NCBI GenBank assembly: GCA_049322355.1
Contig: JBMORG010000010.1
Location: forward strand, 435,186 to 499,185
Length of the DNA: 64,000 nt
DNA from: Thermodesulfobacteriota bacterium
GTDB lineage: Bacteria; Desulfobacterota; Desulfobaccia; Desulfobaccales; 0-14-0-80-60-11
Direction of reading: 5' to 3'
Numbering within the stretch: position 1 is the first letter of the stretch; each line of letters begins with the position of its first letter. Shown here piece by piece: positions 42,935-52,802 of this stretch. The notes beneath the pieces were generated by a model. The model saw only the letters and a list, made by a program, of their open reading frames with translations, was not told the origin of the DNA and ran no database searches. The translations under genes and the position numbers were made by a program.

Positions 42935-43831
42935 ATGATCTCCGGCATCCTTCTCATCGACAAACCTGCGGGTGTGACCTCCTTCGAGGTGGTGCGCCGG
43001 ACCCGACGGGCGTTGGGGATTAGAAAGATCGGGCACCTGGGCACCCTTGACCCCATGGCCACGGGACTTTTGCCTCTGTGCCTCAAGGAGGCCACCAAGC
43101 TGACGCCCTACCTGATGCCCGAACCCAAGACCTACCGGGCGCAAGTAAGGTTGGGCATTACCACCGACACCCAGGACGCCACCGGTGAAGTGGTGGCCCG
43201 GTGCGAGGCGATGCCCACACCGGAGCAGATTTTCCAGGCCGCGGCCCGGTTTGTGGGAGAGGTGACTCAGGTGCCACCTCGTTACTCCGCATTGCGCTAC
43301 CAGGGGCAGCGGGCCTACCGTCTGGCCCGCCGGGGAGAGAAGGTGGAATTGGCGCCCCGGAGGGTGACGATTTACGATTTGACCGTGGAAGAAACGGTTA
43401 TCCCGGAGTTCACTATAACGGTGCGCTGTTCCCAGGGCACCTATATCCGCACCCTGGCCCAGGACTTGGGCGAGGCCTTGGGGTGCGGGGCGCATCTTTC
43501 CGCCCTGCGCCGTCTGGCGGTGGGGCCGCTCCGGGTAGAAGACGCCCTGCCCCTGGCTGGTATGGAAAAGCTTAGTCGGGAAGAGGTATGGAGCCGGGTT
43601 CTGCCGCTTACCGCCTGCCTGCCGGGGATGCGCCCCATTGAGGTGAGCGAGAACGCAGCACGGCAGTTGCGCCAGGGCCGGCCCCTGGTGCATGAAACCA
43701 CGGATTTTTATGACGGAGAGCAGGTGCGGGTCATGACGGACACCGAACTGGTGGCCGTGGCTCAGGTTCGGAACCTATCACCCCAGGCGGTGCTGGCGCC
43801 GGTAAGGGTGTTTTGTAGCCGCAGGCTTTAG
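42935..43831 (+). CDS. truB: tRNA pseudouridine(55) synthase TruB
   Basis: 298 aa with GILLIDKPAGVTSFEVV and GHLGTLDPMATGLLPL (catalytic Asp motif). Confidence 0.95.
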   Translation: MISGILLIDKPAGVTSFEVVRRTRRALGIRKIGHLGTLDPMATGLLPLCLKEATKLTPYLMPEPKTYRAQVRLGITTDTQDATGEVVARCEAMPTPEQIFQAAARFVGEVTQVPPRYSALRYQGQRAYRLARRGEKVELAPRRVTIYDLTVEETVIPEFTITVRCSQGTYIRTLAQDLGEALGCGAHLSALRRLAVGPLRVEDALPLAGMEKLSREEVWSRVLPLTACLPGMRPIEVSENAARQLRQGRPLVHETTDFYDGEQVRVMTDTELVAVAQVRNLSPQAVLAPVRVFCSRRL

Positions 43832-43955
43832 CCTGTGCCACCGCCGCCTGTGCCACCTTTTAAAGAGTCAAATAATGCGGTCCCCATTGCTTATGCCATT
43901 GAGTCTTGGCTGATGGCTGAAAGCTGTAAGCCGACCGCTATAAAAGGAGGAAGAC

Positions 43956-44225
43956 GTGGCTTTAGATACGGAACAGAAACAGGAGATCATCGATCGCTAC
44001 CGGCTGCATGACGCCGACACCGGTTCACCGGAAGTGCAGGTGGCCATTTTGAGCGAGCGCATCAGTTACTTGACGGATCATTTCAAGGTTCACGCCAAGG
44101 ACCACCATTCCCGTCGGGGATTGATCAAACTGGTAGGTCAGCGTCGGCGCCTCCTGAATTATCTGAAGGACAAAGACATCGAACGTTACCGGGCCTTGAT
44201 CGAGCAACTTGGTCTGAGAAAGTAG
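43956..44225 (+). CDS. rpsO: 30S ribosomal protein S15
   Basis: 89 aa, GTG start. [36 protein letters not shown]. Confidence 0.95.
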   Translation: MALDTEQKQEIIDRYRLHDADTGSPEVQVAILSERISYLTDHFKVHAKDHHSRRGLIKLVGQRRRLLNYLKDKDIERYRALIEQLGLRK

Positions 44226-44243
44226 GAGGCTCATCGGAATCAT

Positions 44244-46385
44244 ATGCCAAAAACATACTCAGTAGAAATCGGGGGTCGCGACCTCCGTTTCGAAACGGGC
44301 CGGTTGGCCCAACAGGCCAGCGGCTCTGTGCTGGTGCGCTATGGGGAGAGTGCGGTGCTGGTGACCGCAGTCATGTCCGACTTCCCCAGAGAAGGTATCG
44401 ATTTTTTACCGCTGACGGTGGATTACCTGGAAAAGGCTTACGCCGCCGGGCGGGTGCCCGGGGGGTTTTTCCGGAGGGAGATCGGTCGCCCCTCGGAAAA
44501 GGAGACTCTGACCTCCCGGCTTATTGATCGCCCTTTAAGGCCTTTGTTCCCCAAAGGCACGGTCAACGAAATTCAAATTATCGCTACGGTGCTTTCCGGC
44601 GACATGGAAAATGACCCGGATATCGTCGCCTTAAACGGCGCCGCCGCGGCCTTGGAAATTTCCGACATCCCCTTTAACGGCCCGGTGGCCGCGGTGCGGG
44701 TGGGAAAAATCGGCGGCCAGCTGGTAATCAATCCCACTAATTCCCAACTTAAGGAGAGCACCCTGAACCTTATCGTGGCCGGGGCGCCCCAGGGTCTGGT
44801 GATGGTGGAAGCCGGCGCCCAGATGATCCAAGAAGAAGAAGTGCTGGAAGCCCTGTTTTTCGCCCAGGAGCAACTGCAACCCATCCTGGAAACCATCAAA
44901 GGCATGGGCCGGGAGATTGGCCAACCTAAACGCCCCATCACTGAGCCGCCGGATTACTCGGAGTTGCGCCAGAAAATTGAGGCCATAGCCCGGGAAAAGA
45001 TTTTGGCGGCAGTGGCTATCTCTGAGAAGCAGGCCCGATATCGTGCCTTGGACCAGGCCCGGGATGATGTGCTGGCGGAACTGGGAACGGAAGTGGAGGG
45101 CCAGGAAAAAGTCGCAGCTAACCTTTTCAGTGAGATTAAGAAAAAGCTGGTGCGGGACCTGGTCCTCACTGAACAGCGCCGCATCGACGGCCGCGGCTAT
45201 ACCGACGTTCGCCCCATCAGCGGCGAAGTCGGCCTGTTGAGCCGCACTCATGGTTCCGCGGTTTTTACCCGGGGAGAAACCCAGGCCCTGGCCGTGGCCA
45301 CTTTAGGCACGCCTTCGGACGAGCAAAAAATCGAAACCCTGGTGGGGGAGACCTTCAAGTCTTTTATGCTGCATTACAATTTCCCCCCTTATTCTGTGGG
45401 TGAGACTCGCATGCTTCGGGGTCCGGGGCGCCGGGAAATCGGCCATGGAGCTCTGGCGGAACGGTCCATTTCACCAGTGTTGCCGTCGGCAGAAGAATTC
45501 CCTTACACCATCCGCATCGTCTCCGAAATTCTGGCTTCCAACGGTTCCTCGTCGATGGCGACGGTCTGTGGGGCTTCCATGGCCCTGATGGATGCCGGGG
45601 TTCCGGTAAAGGCTGCGGTGGCCGGGGTGGCCATGGGGCTTATCAAGGACGAAGACCGGGTGGCGGTGTTGTCTGATATCCTGGGGGATGAGGACGCCCT
45701 GGGGGACATGGACTTCAAGGTGGCCGGCACTCGCCAGGGTATCACCGGTCTGCAGATGGATATCAAGATGACGGGACTGACCAAGGAGATCATGTCCCAG
45801 GCCTTGACCCAGGCCCGAGACGCCCGGCTGCACATCCTGGGAAAAATGCAAGACATCATTGCCGAACCTTCACCGACGCTGAAGGAACACGCCCCCAAGA
45901 TCATCGTGATCACCGTCAACCCCGACAAGATTCGGGAGGTGATCGGACCCGGGGGCAAAATGGTGAAGCAGATTGTGGCAGCCACCGGAGTAAAAATTGA
46001 CATCGAGGACGACGGCCGGATCCACATCTCTTCCCCGGACCAAAAGGCGGCTGACGAAGCCATCCGCATGATCAAAGAGATCACCGCGGAGGCGGAAATC
46101 GGCGCCATCTATACGGGCAAGGTGAAGAAGATTATGGATTTCGGGGCGTTTGTGGAAATCCTGCCGGGCACTGACGGCCTGGTGCACATTTCGGAATTGG
46201 CCCACCGCCGGGTGAAAACCGTGGACGAGATCCTCAAGGAAGGGGACGAAGTGACAGTTAAAGTCCTGGATGTTGATCGGCAGGGGAAGATTCGCTTGTC
46301 CAGGAAAGCCCTGCTCCCCCAGGAAGGTCCGCCCCAAGAACCCGAGAGAAAACGCGACCGTGTACCGAAAAAGCGTCCTGAGTAA
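44244..46385 (+). CDS. pnp: Polyribonucleotide nucleotidyltransferase (PNPase)
   Basis: 713 aa with two RNase PH domains, KH and S1 (GKVKKIMDFGAFVEILPGTDGLVHISEL). Confidence 0.95.
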   Translation: MPKTYSVEIGGRDLRFETGRLAQQASGSVLVRYGESAVLVTAVMSDFPREGIDFLPLTVDYLEKAYAAGRVPGGFFRREIGRPSEKETLTSRLIDRPLRPLFPKGTVNEIQIIATVLSGDMENDPDIVALNGAAAALEISDIPFNGPVAAVRVGKIGGQLVINPTNSQLKESTLNLIVAGAPQGLVMVEAGAQMIQEEEVLEALFFAQEQLQPILETIKGMGREIGQPKRPITEPPDYSELRQKIEAIAREKILAAVAISEKQARYRALDQARDDVLAELGTEVEGQEKVAANLFSEIKKKLVRDLVLTEQRRIDGRGYTDVRPISGEVGLLSRTHGSAVFTRGETQALAVATLGTPSDEQKIETLVGETFKSFMLHYNFPPYSVGETRMLRGPGRREIGHGALAERSISPVLPSAEEFPYTIRIVSEILASNGSSSMATVCGASMALMDAGVPVKAAVAGVAMGLIKDEDRVAVLSDILGDEDALGDMDFKVAGTRQGITGLQMDIKMTGLTKEIMSQALTQARDARLHILGKMQDIIAEPSPTLKEHAPKIIVITVNPDKIREVIGPGGKMVKQIVAATGVKIDIEDDGRIHISSPDQKAADEAIRMIKEITAEAEIGAIYTGKVKKIMDFGAFVEILPGTDGLVHISELAHRRVKTVDEILKEGDEVTVKVLDVDRQGKIRLSRKALLPQEGPPQEPERKRDRVPKKRPE

Positions 46386-47607
46386 TGGACTCCGCATTGT
46401 TACTGAAGAAGTTCCTCACTTCCACTCGGTGGCGGTGGGGGTGTGGCTTAGCGTGGGTTCCCGGGATGAGACCGAGGAAGAGAGTGGCCTCAGCCATTTC
46501 CTCGAACACATGGTCTTTAAGGGCACCCCTAGACGCACTGTCCTGGATATTGCCCGGGAAATCGACCACTTAGGTGGGCAGTGCAACGCCTTCACCACCA
46601 AGGAGCAAACCTGCTTCCATGGCCGGGTCCTGGGGGAGAACCTGCCCCGGCTAGTGGACCTGCTGGGCGATCTGGTGCTCCGGGCTCAACTGGCGGCCCC
46701 GGACCTGGAGCGGGAACGTCAGGTCATTCTGGAGGAGATCTATGCCCAGGATGACTCCCCGGAAGAATTGGTGCACGTACACTTTGCCCAGAACTTTTGG
46801 GGGGACAACGCCTTCGGGCGGCCCATCCTGGGGGCCGCAGAGCACATCTCCCGAGTCAAGCGGGAGGACTTGCTGGCTTACCGCGCCCAGGTCTATCGCC
46901 CAGCGAGTACGGTGGTGGCGGCTGCCGGAAAAATCCGCCACGAGGAATTAGTTGACCTGGTGGGGGCAGGTTTTCAGGATTTTTCCAATGGCACCCCGGC
47001 CCGGCCTCGGGTCCCTTTCAGCACTCATCCCGGGACCTATAGCCTCTTTCGGGAACTTGAGCAAGTCAACCTGGTGTTGGGAGTCCCGGGCGTGGCCGCA
47101 GGCGACCCCATGCGTTATGCGGCCACCATGCTGCAGTTGATCCTGGGGGGCAACATGAGTTCCCGTCTCTTCCAGGTGATTAGGGAGCAACTGGGGTTGG
47201 CCTATGCCATCCAGTCATACATACAGTTTTTCAGTGATGCCGGTCTGTTGGGCATCGTCGCGGGAGTGAGTCCTGGCAACCTGGAAGCCATTCTGGCAGC
47301 CATACGCGGGGAACTGAAAAAACTGCAAGCCGAGGCGGTCTCAGGGGGGGAACTGACTGCGGCTCAAGAGCATCTCCGGAGTTCCATCATGCTTTCGGCC
47401 GAGGACTGTGAGCACCTCATGCTGCGTCTGGCCAAAAATGAGATCAACTTCGGCCGTTATATCCCCCTGGAGGATATTATTGCGGGCATGATGAAGGTCA
47501 CCGCGGCGGAGATCCTGGAAGCAGCCCGGGACTTGCTGAGGCCCGAGGCGTGGGGGCTGGCTCTACTGGGGCCGGTGGCTGACCCGGATAAATATGGTCT
47601 GGCTTAA
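46360..47607 (+). CDS. M16 family (pitrilysin-like) zinc peptidase
   Basis: The ORF track gives 46270..47607. GTG at 46360 yields MYRKSVLSNGLRIV, a typical M16 start, and overlaps the pnp 3' end by 26 nt. Inverted zinc motif HFLEHMVFKG. Confidence 0.85.
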   Translation: MYRKSVLSNGLRIVTEEVPHFHSVAVGVWLSVGSRDETEEESGLSHFLEHMVFKGTPRRTVLDIAREIDHLGGQCNAFTTKEQTCFHGRVLGENLPRLVDLLGDLVLRAQLAAPDLERERQVILEEIYAQDDSPEELVHVHFAQNFWGDNAFGRPILGAAEHISRVKREDLLAYRAQVYRPASTVVAAAGKIRHEELVDLVGAGFQDFSNGTPARPRVPFSTHPGTYSLFRELEQVNLVLGVPGVAAGDPMRYAATMLQLILGGNMSSRLFQVIREQLGLAYAIQSYIQFFSDAGLLGIVAGVSPGNLEAILAAIRGELKKLQAEAVSGGELTAAQEHLRSSIMLSAEDCEHLMLRLAKNEINFGRYIPLEDIIAGMMKVTAAEILEAARDLLRPEAWGLALLGPVADPDKYGLA

Positions 47608-47671
47608 GTAGCGGTCAGCGCAAATAACATTGCTTTGCAGCAACAATTTTTGACCAGCGATAAAAATCAAC

Positions 47672-47689
47672 CGGGGCCCGAAGGCCCCG
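47672..47689 (-). terminator. Hairpin terminator in the convergent intergenic region
   Basis: CGGGGCC-cgaa-GGCCCCG. A T-rich tract (GTTGATTTTTA) follows only on the minus strand, so it probably serves the small minus-strand gene. Confidence 0.5.
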
Positions 47690-47769
47690 TGCTATCTAAG
47701 AATCATTTTGACTGATCGACCAATGCAGGCATTTCACCCCCGGGTCTCAGAAGTTAGCTGGGCTTCCGC

Positions 47770-47997
47770 CTAAAAATCCTCCCCGTCTTCCAGGATGGCC
47801 TTGTTGATGAACTTATAGAGGCTGCCGATCCATTCCAGTTCGTTTTCCAACTCCGAATTGGCGAAAATCCATTCGCCCTCCCGGTCTTTGGCGATAATGA
47901 CGATTTCTTCGATGTCATCCAGATCCTGATAGAACTTCTCCACTACTTCCTTGACAGACCGTTGGGCCCGGGCAAAAGGAATAATGTTTTTTTTCAT
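47770..47997 (-). CDS. Small acidic hypothetical protein
   Basis: 75 aa from MKKNIIPF (Met11 of track ORF 47770..48027). Rich in Glu/Asp. No motif recognised. Confidence 0.5.
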   Translation of the reverse strand: MKKNIIPFARAQRSVKEVVEKFYQDLDDIEEIVIIAKDREGEWIFANSELENELEWIGSLYKFINKAILEDGEDF

Positions 47998-48166
47998 GTG
48001 TATGTGGCGGGTAAAGGCGCCCGTCACCCTCCCCTGGCGGTTATTTCCTTCGCATGAAGGATAATATGTCCCTTCTTTTAATTCTTTATTTTATGGCACA
48101 AAAAATCAATGATAATTTTGGCCAGCTTTGGTAGCACAGGCTTTCTAGCCTGTGTGGTAACTAATC

Positions 48167-48955
48167 TCACTTATGATTTTTCACAGGCTGGAAGCCTGTG
48201 CCACTAATCAGTCCGCTAGCCGGGAACCCCGGTAATCCCGCGGGCATAATTACACTTTCCGGCAACAAGGCCCCTTTAATGGTGATACCAAAGACCGTGG
48301 ACCAGGCCCGCCGGGGGAGACGCTGGGCATCGATAGAGGCGAACACCACCCCCCGGGTATCTTCGAAGACCGAGTTGACTAAAGAGACCATGGCTTGGCG
48401 GCCGTCCTCGATCTCGGTCCCCAGGCGCACCTCCATGGCTTCGGGCCGGGGATAGGGGATGCCCTGAATAATGCTGGTCTCGCCCTCCTTGATGGGACCC
48501 AGGATCTTTAAGCGGCAATTATAGAAGGCACTCAGGGGATCATAAAATTGCTCAGACAAAGGGGTCTCCCATTTCTTCTCCAGCCCCTTGCCTTCCTGGC
48601 GCTGCCACATTTCTAACCGTTCCTGATCATAATTGAAGCGGTATTCTTTAAAATTATGCTTCCCGTGACGCCATGATTCTTCCTGGTAAATCAGGGGCAC
48701 CAGGCGTCCATCCCGCCAAACCATCTCGGTTTGGAGGCGCTCCCGGTGATTGCCGGTGATGAGCTTGATGAACCCCTGGGTCTGTCCAAAAGCCTCTGCC
48801 AACAGGCGGCCTTGCCCCTGATTCTTTAAGGTGACCCGGACCCGGGCGGCATCCGGCCATGCCAATACCGCCATCTGGTAGTGCAAATCTTCAAGTGTAT
48901 CTGGGGCGGCTTTAGCCGCGGTCCCCGGCAGTAAGAGCAGGAGCAGGGTAAGCAT
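48167..48955 (-). CDS. DUF3108-like secreted protein (paralogue 2)
   Basis: The ORF track gives 48167..49108, but 48956-49108 is built from intergenic-type repeats. Met52 gives MLTLLLLLLPGTAAKAAP. It is colinear and similar to 49366..50157 (LHYQMAVL/LRYQVSLG, YQTEM[VI][WY]RDGRL[VK]PL[IV]YQE, KEYRF[ND]Y[DE]). The 3' end overlaps a family 3 hairpin. Confidence 0.55.
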   Translation of the reverse strand: MLTLLLLLLPGTAAKAAPDTLEDLHYQMAVLAWPDAARVRVTLKNQGQGRLLAEAFGQTQGFIKLITGNHRERLQTEMVWRDGRLVPLIYQEESWRHGKHNFKEYRFNYDQERLEMWQRQEGKGLEKKWETPLSEQFYDPLSAFYNCRLKILGPIKEGETSIIQGIPYPRPEAMEVRLGTEIEDGRQAMVSLVNSVFEDTRGVVFASIDAQRLPRRAWSTVFGITIKGALLPESVIMPAGLPGFPASGLISGTGFQPVKNHK

Positions 48956-49133
48956 CACCAGGCAGGGGAGGGCGCGCCAGACCTTTGGCCAGCGCCCGAC
49001 TAGTGGTGAGTGCCTAAAATGAAAAGATAAGCTATCAGCCAATTTTTTAAAATTCCCAAAATTAAGTCCCCCTTTCCTAAAGGGGGATTGAAAGGCAATA
49101 CTGTTCACTTAAGCACAAGGAGAACCAGGGGTT

Positions 49134-49206
49134 TGTCATTCAGAGGGAGCCAAGGGCGACCGAAAAATCTCAAAAGACGAGATGCTTCGCTGCGCTCAGC
49201 ATGACA
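49134..49206. repeat. 73-nt imperfect long-hairpin element (TGTCATTCAGAG ... CTCAGCATGACA)
   Basis: The terminal inverted repeats TGTCATTCAGAG and CTCAGCATGACA enclose the inner complementary segments GAAAAATCTC and GAGATGCTTC. It lies in the spacer between the DUF3108 paralogues. Confidence 0.75.
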
Positions 49207-49365
49207 GAAAAAGATACAAGGGCAAGCACTGCCTATCAATTCCTTGAGATACCTCTCAGGTGAACCGTATTGGATTAATCCCCCCTGCCCCCTTTGGGAA
49301 GGGGGGATAATATTGGCGTTTTTTTGGTCATTTTCCGTAAACAGCCTGGTTTATGAAACGTTTCA

Positions 49366-50157
49366 TTAACGCGCTCCTAAAACAGGGGACGCAGCCGGAG
49401 ACGGGGACGGCAGCCAGTTCTCCCGGATTTCGCCGGGATTCAGCAACCGCCCCGCCAGCTTGCCGAAGAGGGTTACCCGGGTCCAGGCCAGGGTAGGTAC
49501 TCCCTGGTGGTTGAGAAAGATGAAATAGTGGTCCTCGGTGGTGGAGTCCGGAGGACGGAAGTTCAACATCACCTTGAGGCCCTGGCTGGTTTTATCGGCA
49601 ATGCGAAAGATCATCTCCTGGGGTTTGGAGGACAGAACCGCCACCCGCAGGCTGGACCCCCCCTGCAAAGTCCCCAAGGTCCCTATCCGGACATTGTAAA
49701 ACAGGGACAGGAGATCGTACACCGGTTCGGTCAGGGGCGTTTCCCATTTCCTGACTTTGTCGTCACCGCCGGTCTGTTGCCAAAGCGTCAGGCGGTTATT
49801 TTCGTAGTCGAAGCGGTACTCTTTGGTGACGTGCCGTCCTTTGTCTATAAACTTTTCCTGATAAACCAAAGGCTTAAGACGTCCATCCCGGTAGATCATT
49901 TCAGTTTGGTAACGCTCAGGCAGCCAGCGGCTGAGCAACTTCCACATCCCCTGGGCCGCGCCGGAAAATTCGGCCAGATAACGACCCGGTTCCAGCTCCT
50001 TCAGCACCAGGTGAACCCTGGCCACATCATCCCAGGGACCCAGGCTCACCTGGTAGCGTAACTCTTCCCTGGTGTCCGACCCGTTCGCGGCTACAGCCGG
50101 CCCCGGCATCAGGAGGATTTGAACAAAAATCAGAAAAACCAGCATGCGGGCTGACAT
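49366..50157 (-). CDS. DUF3108-like secreted protein (paralogue 1)
   Basis: The ORF track gives 49366..50232. Met26 (ATG at 50157) shares one base with the stop of the J-domain gene (TGATG) and gives the signal-like MSARMLVFLIFVQILLMPGPAVAA. Confidence 0.6.
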   Translation of the reverse strand: MSARMLVFLIFVQILLMPGPAVAANGSDTREELRYQVSLGPWDDVARVHLVLKELEPGRYLAEFSGAAQGMWKLLSRWLPERYQTEMIYRDGRLKPLVYQEKFIDKGRHVTKEYRFDYENNRLTLWQQTGGDDKVRKWETPLTEPVYDLLSLFYNVRIGTLGTLQGGSSLRVAVLSSKPQEMIFRIADKTSQGLKVMLNFRPPDSTTEDHYFIFLNHQGVPTLAWTRVTLFGKLAGRLLNPGEIRENWLPSPSPAASPVLGAR

Positions 50158-50474
50158 CAATCGTTGCCGTCGCCTTGATCTTTCGGGGGCGGTGGCCCCC
50201 ACACCCCGGTGTAGAACCTGTCGGCCCACCATTTCTGTAGGTCTTCGGGGCTGGCTTCTTCCACCAGGTCGTAGCGATAAGTTTCTATGAATTGGACAAT
50301 CCGCTGGTAGGCCGCGTTAATTTGTTGCATTCGAGAGCGGTAGAGGGCTTCTTCTCCCGGGGCGGCGCGGTCAGGATGCCAGAGGCGGGCGGCCCGGCGA
50401 TAGGCCGCTTTGATCTCCTTTCGAGTGGCTTTGAGATCCAAATTTAAGACCTTTCGGGCTTCTTCCAGGGGCAT
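50157..50474 (-). CDS. J-domain (DnaJ-like) protein
   Basis: ARKVLNLDLKATRKEIKAAYRRAARLWHPDRA contains the HPD motif. I prefer the start at Met30 (ATG 50474) because the track ORF begins with TTG at 50561. Confidence 0.7.
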   Translation of the reverse strand: MPLEEARKVLNLDLKATRKEIKAAYRRAARLWHPDRAAPGEEALYRSRMQQINAAYQRIVQFIETYRYDLVEEASPEDLQKWWADRFYTGVWGPPPPKDQGDGND

Positions 50475-50709
50475 GGTTTGGCCGGGTTTGGCTGGGTGCA
50501 AGGGAAAATCCTTATGAAGATTAATGAGTGTTATTATATCTCCGATTCCCCTGGCAGCCAAGAAAGGATCACTGCAGGGCCAGCTAATCTTGTCTTATTT
50601 AAGAAATAATGGTAATAATTATACTTTATAATTTGCTTACCAAGAATTAAATCGGCGCGTTGCCAGTGCGATGTTGCTGGGTACGGAACAAGGGGAAAGT
50701 GAAAATTCC

Positions 50710-51264
50710 ATGACCAAAACCAAGACCTCAGTCATGTCTGCCAGCGAACTGAACCGGAACCTGGCCCGTCTCACCGATGAAATTATGGCGAACCATCAGA
50801 ATCAGGACGCCCTGGTGCTGGTGGGGATCAGGACCGGCGGGGCTTTTTTGGCCCAGCGGCTGGCCGACATCATTGCCCGGCGGACCTCCAAGCCGGTGCG
50901 GGTGGGGGTGCTGGATATCACCCTTTACCGGGACGATTGGACCCAACTCAACCATAAGCCATTGGTGGGCAAGACGGAATTGCCGGGCTCCATTGACGAC
51001 CAGGAAGTGGTATTGGTGGACGATGTCTTATTCACCGGGCGCACCGTTCGGGCGGCCCTGGACGCGCTCATCGACTACGGACGGCCCCGGCGCATTGAGT
51101 TGGCGGTGCTGGTGGACCGGGGCGGCCGGGAATTGCCCATCCAACCGGATTATGTGGGGCGGGTTTTGGAATTGCCTCCGGGGCAGAGGGTCAATGTTTA
51201 CTTAAGTGAGATGGGCCAATCGGACGAAGTGGCCATCGAATCGGGCCCGCCGGAAAGGTCCTAG
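50710..51264 (+). CDS. pyrR: Bifunctional pyrimidine operon regulator / uracil phosphoribosyltransferase PyrR
   Basis: LVGIRTGGAFLAQRL and the PRPP-binding motif VVLVDDVLFTGRTVRAALDAL. The ATG at 50710 is in frame within track ORF 50671..51264. Confidence 0.9.
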   Translation: MTKTKTSVMSASELNRNLARLTDEIMANHQNQDALVLVGIRTGGAFLAQRLADIIARRTSKPVRVGVLDITLYRDDWTQLNHKPLVGKTELPGSIDDQEVVLVDDVLFTGRTVRAALDALIDYGRPRRIELAVLVDRGGRELPIQPDYVGRVLELPPGQRVNVYLSEMGQSDEVAIESGPPERS

Positions 51265-51308
51265 ATAGTTTCACGTCCTTAAAGACCTATCATAAGTCCA
51301 GGACTTTT

Positions 51309-51418
51309 AACCTCCCCCTCACCTGGTGGGCTGGGAGAGGGTTAGGGGGAACAGGGTAATATAATCGGGGAATATTTCACCCCCACCCTGACCCTCCCCC
51401 ATCAAGGGGAGGGAAAAA
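51309..51418. repeat. GC-rich hairpin repeat cluster (family 1, inverse orientation)
   Basis: CCTCCCCCTCACCTGGTGGGCTGGGAGAGGGTTAGGGGG, followed by CCCTCCCCCATCAAGGGGAGGGAAAAAG. The latter is the near-exact reverse complement of 42775-42803. Confidence 0.8.
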
Positions 51419-51447
51419 GCCGAATTATTGCGTGGGATATAGCGCTT

Positions 51448-52680
51448 GTGGAACGCGTAAAGAAGCAAAAGACTCATTCCATGGCGGCGGCCCCAATGTC
51501 GCCTGAGGCCCAGGCCCGGCTGGCCAACCAGGTGTCCGGGCTCGTCGCGGCCCTGGAGGCCGGGGCTGACCTGCCCGCGCTCAAAGAATACCTAATCCCG
51601 GATCCCCAGGACCCCCAATGGGATGTGCAATTGATGGCAGCCCTGGGGGCCCTGCCTTATCCTGCCATTCCGGCCCTGTTGGCCGCGTTGTTTGGCGAGG
51701 CCAAAGACAAATTCCGTCGCAAGGCTCTGAAAAAGACCTTGCATCTGCTAAAAACCCGGGGAGTGACGGTCCCGGAAGATCTCTTGCCCCGGGAAGAGGC
51801 AAGCCTGGGGGCGCCGCGGTCTGGAACCGCTATGGCTTATGGTAGCCCCATTTTTGGAAATGGCGAAAGCTACATCATTTTAGAAGGCTCCCCTGAGATT
51901 TTACGCGGCAACTTCCTGGTCTCCCGGATCAGCGACCTGGAAGGCTTCCGGGAGTGTGTGCTTCTGAACCTCAAACGTAAGCAGCAGGCGGAATTTTGGG
52001 AACATTTCCGCGAGCAGGGGGTTGAGGACTTCTTCTCTCCCCCCCCAGCCTTTGCAGTTTCGCTGCTGGAGGCGGCCTACACCGCCCACTCCGACTCTCC
52101 CGGCGCTTCCCAATACGGCGCCCTGCGGGAGAAAATATTTCAGCACTGGGGTCGCCCGGAGACTGCCCCGGATCTGGAGGGAATACTGCCGGCAGCCAAT
52201 CCCGGAGAGAAGGCCCGGCTCCTGGAGGAGAGCCGAAAGCTGGCCCTGGACCCATTATTCCATTCCTGGCTGCCGGGGCCGGAGGAGATAACTCCCTGGC
52301 TGACGAAGCTTCAAGAAGTCCAGGACAGCCCCCTGGTGTTGTCGGATCAACAAAAGCAGGTCCGAATTGATGCCGTGCTGGAGGAAGCCACCCGGTCCCT
52401 TTACTCTCCTGAGACTCGCTCTGGATGGAGCCGGCGCCTCATGATTATGGCCTATTATCTGCATCTACAGGGGCGGCAGGAGGACTCCCGGGCTGCAAAA
52501 GTTGCGGCGATCGATCTGGTGGACTCAGCCCGGAGCACACTCCACGGGGAAAACCTGTTCTTGAAGGCACTGGTACAGTTCGCCCTACGCCTGGCCTGGG
52601 AGGCTCAACAACCACGGGAAACTACCACGCCCTCCGGTCTGGTGGCCCCGTCCAGTGATGGTCTCCTCATTCGGAGGTAG
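51448..52680 (+). CDS. Hypothetical protein, no recognised motif
   Basis: 410-aa ORF with a GTG start (alternative ATG at 51481). Codon usage resembles its neighbours. It ends 2 nt before the duplicated yjbQ start. Confidence 0.6.
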   Translation: MERVKKQKTHSMAAAPMSPEAQARLANQVSGLVAALEAGADLPALKEYLIPDPQDPQWDVQLMAALGALPYPAIPALLAALFGEAKDKFRRKALKKTLHLLKTRGVTVPEDLLPREEASLGAPRSGTAMAYGSPIFGNGESYIILEGSPEILRGNFLVSRISDLEGFRECVLLNLKRKQQAEFWEHFREQGVEDFFSPPPAFAVSLLEAAYTAHSDSPGASQYGALREKIFQHWGRPETAPDLEGILPAANPGEKARLLEESRKLALDPLFHSWLPGPEEITPWLTKLQEVQDSPLVLSDQQKQVRIDAVLEEATRSLYSPETRSGWSRRLMIMAYYLHLQGRQEDSRAAKVAAIDLVDSARSTLHGENLFLKALVQFALRLAWEAQQPRETTTPSGLVAPSSDGLLIRR

Positions 52681-52681
52681 C

Positions 52682-52798
52682 CATGATCCATACCCTGAGC
52701 GTGCGGACTGGCAGCCGCATCGAAATGGTGGATATAACCCGCAAGGTTCAGGAACTGGTCCAGGCCAGCGGCGTCGATGAAGGCTGTTGCCACCTCTT
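52682..52798 (+). repeat. 117-bp direct repeat, copy A (duplicated 5' end of yjbQ)
   Basis: Matches 53611-53727 at 114 of 117 positions (mismatches at 52734, 52785 and 52786). Confidence 0.95.
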
Positions 52799-52802
52799 TT
52801 AG
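52683..52802 (+). pseudogene. Truncated yjbQ 5' fragment (39 codons then TAG)
   Basis: Encodes MIHTLSVRTGSRIEMVDITRKVQELVQASGVDEGCCHLF* versus the intact MIHTLSVRTG...DEGLCHLFVAHTT at 53612. The sequence turns AT-rich immediately after 52798. Confidence 0.85.

Noticed and set aside
48956-49108. N-terminal 51 codons of track ORF 48167..49108.
   Set aside because: The segment is composed of intergenic-type repeats (GCTATCAGCC and the hairpin TCCCCCTTTCCTAAAGGGGGA). Met52 begins the hydrophobic signal-like sequence, although the absence of a basic n-region leaves the exact start uncertain.
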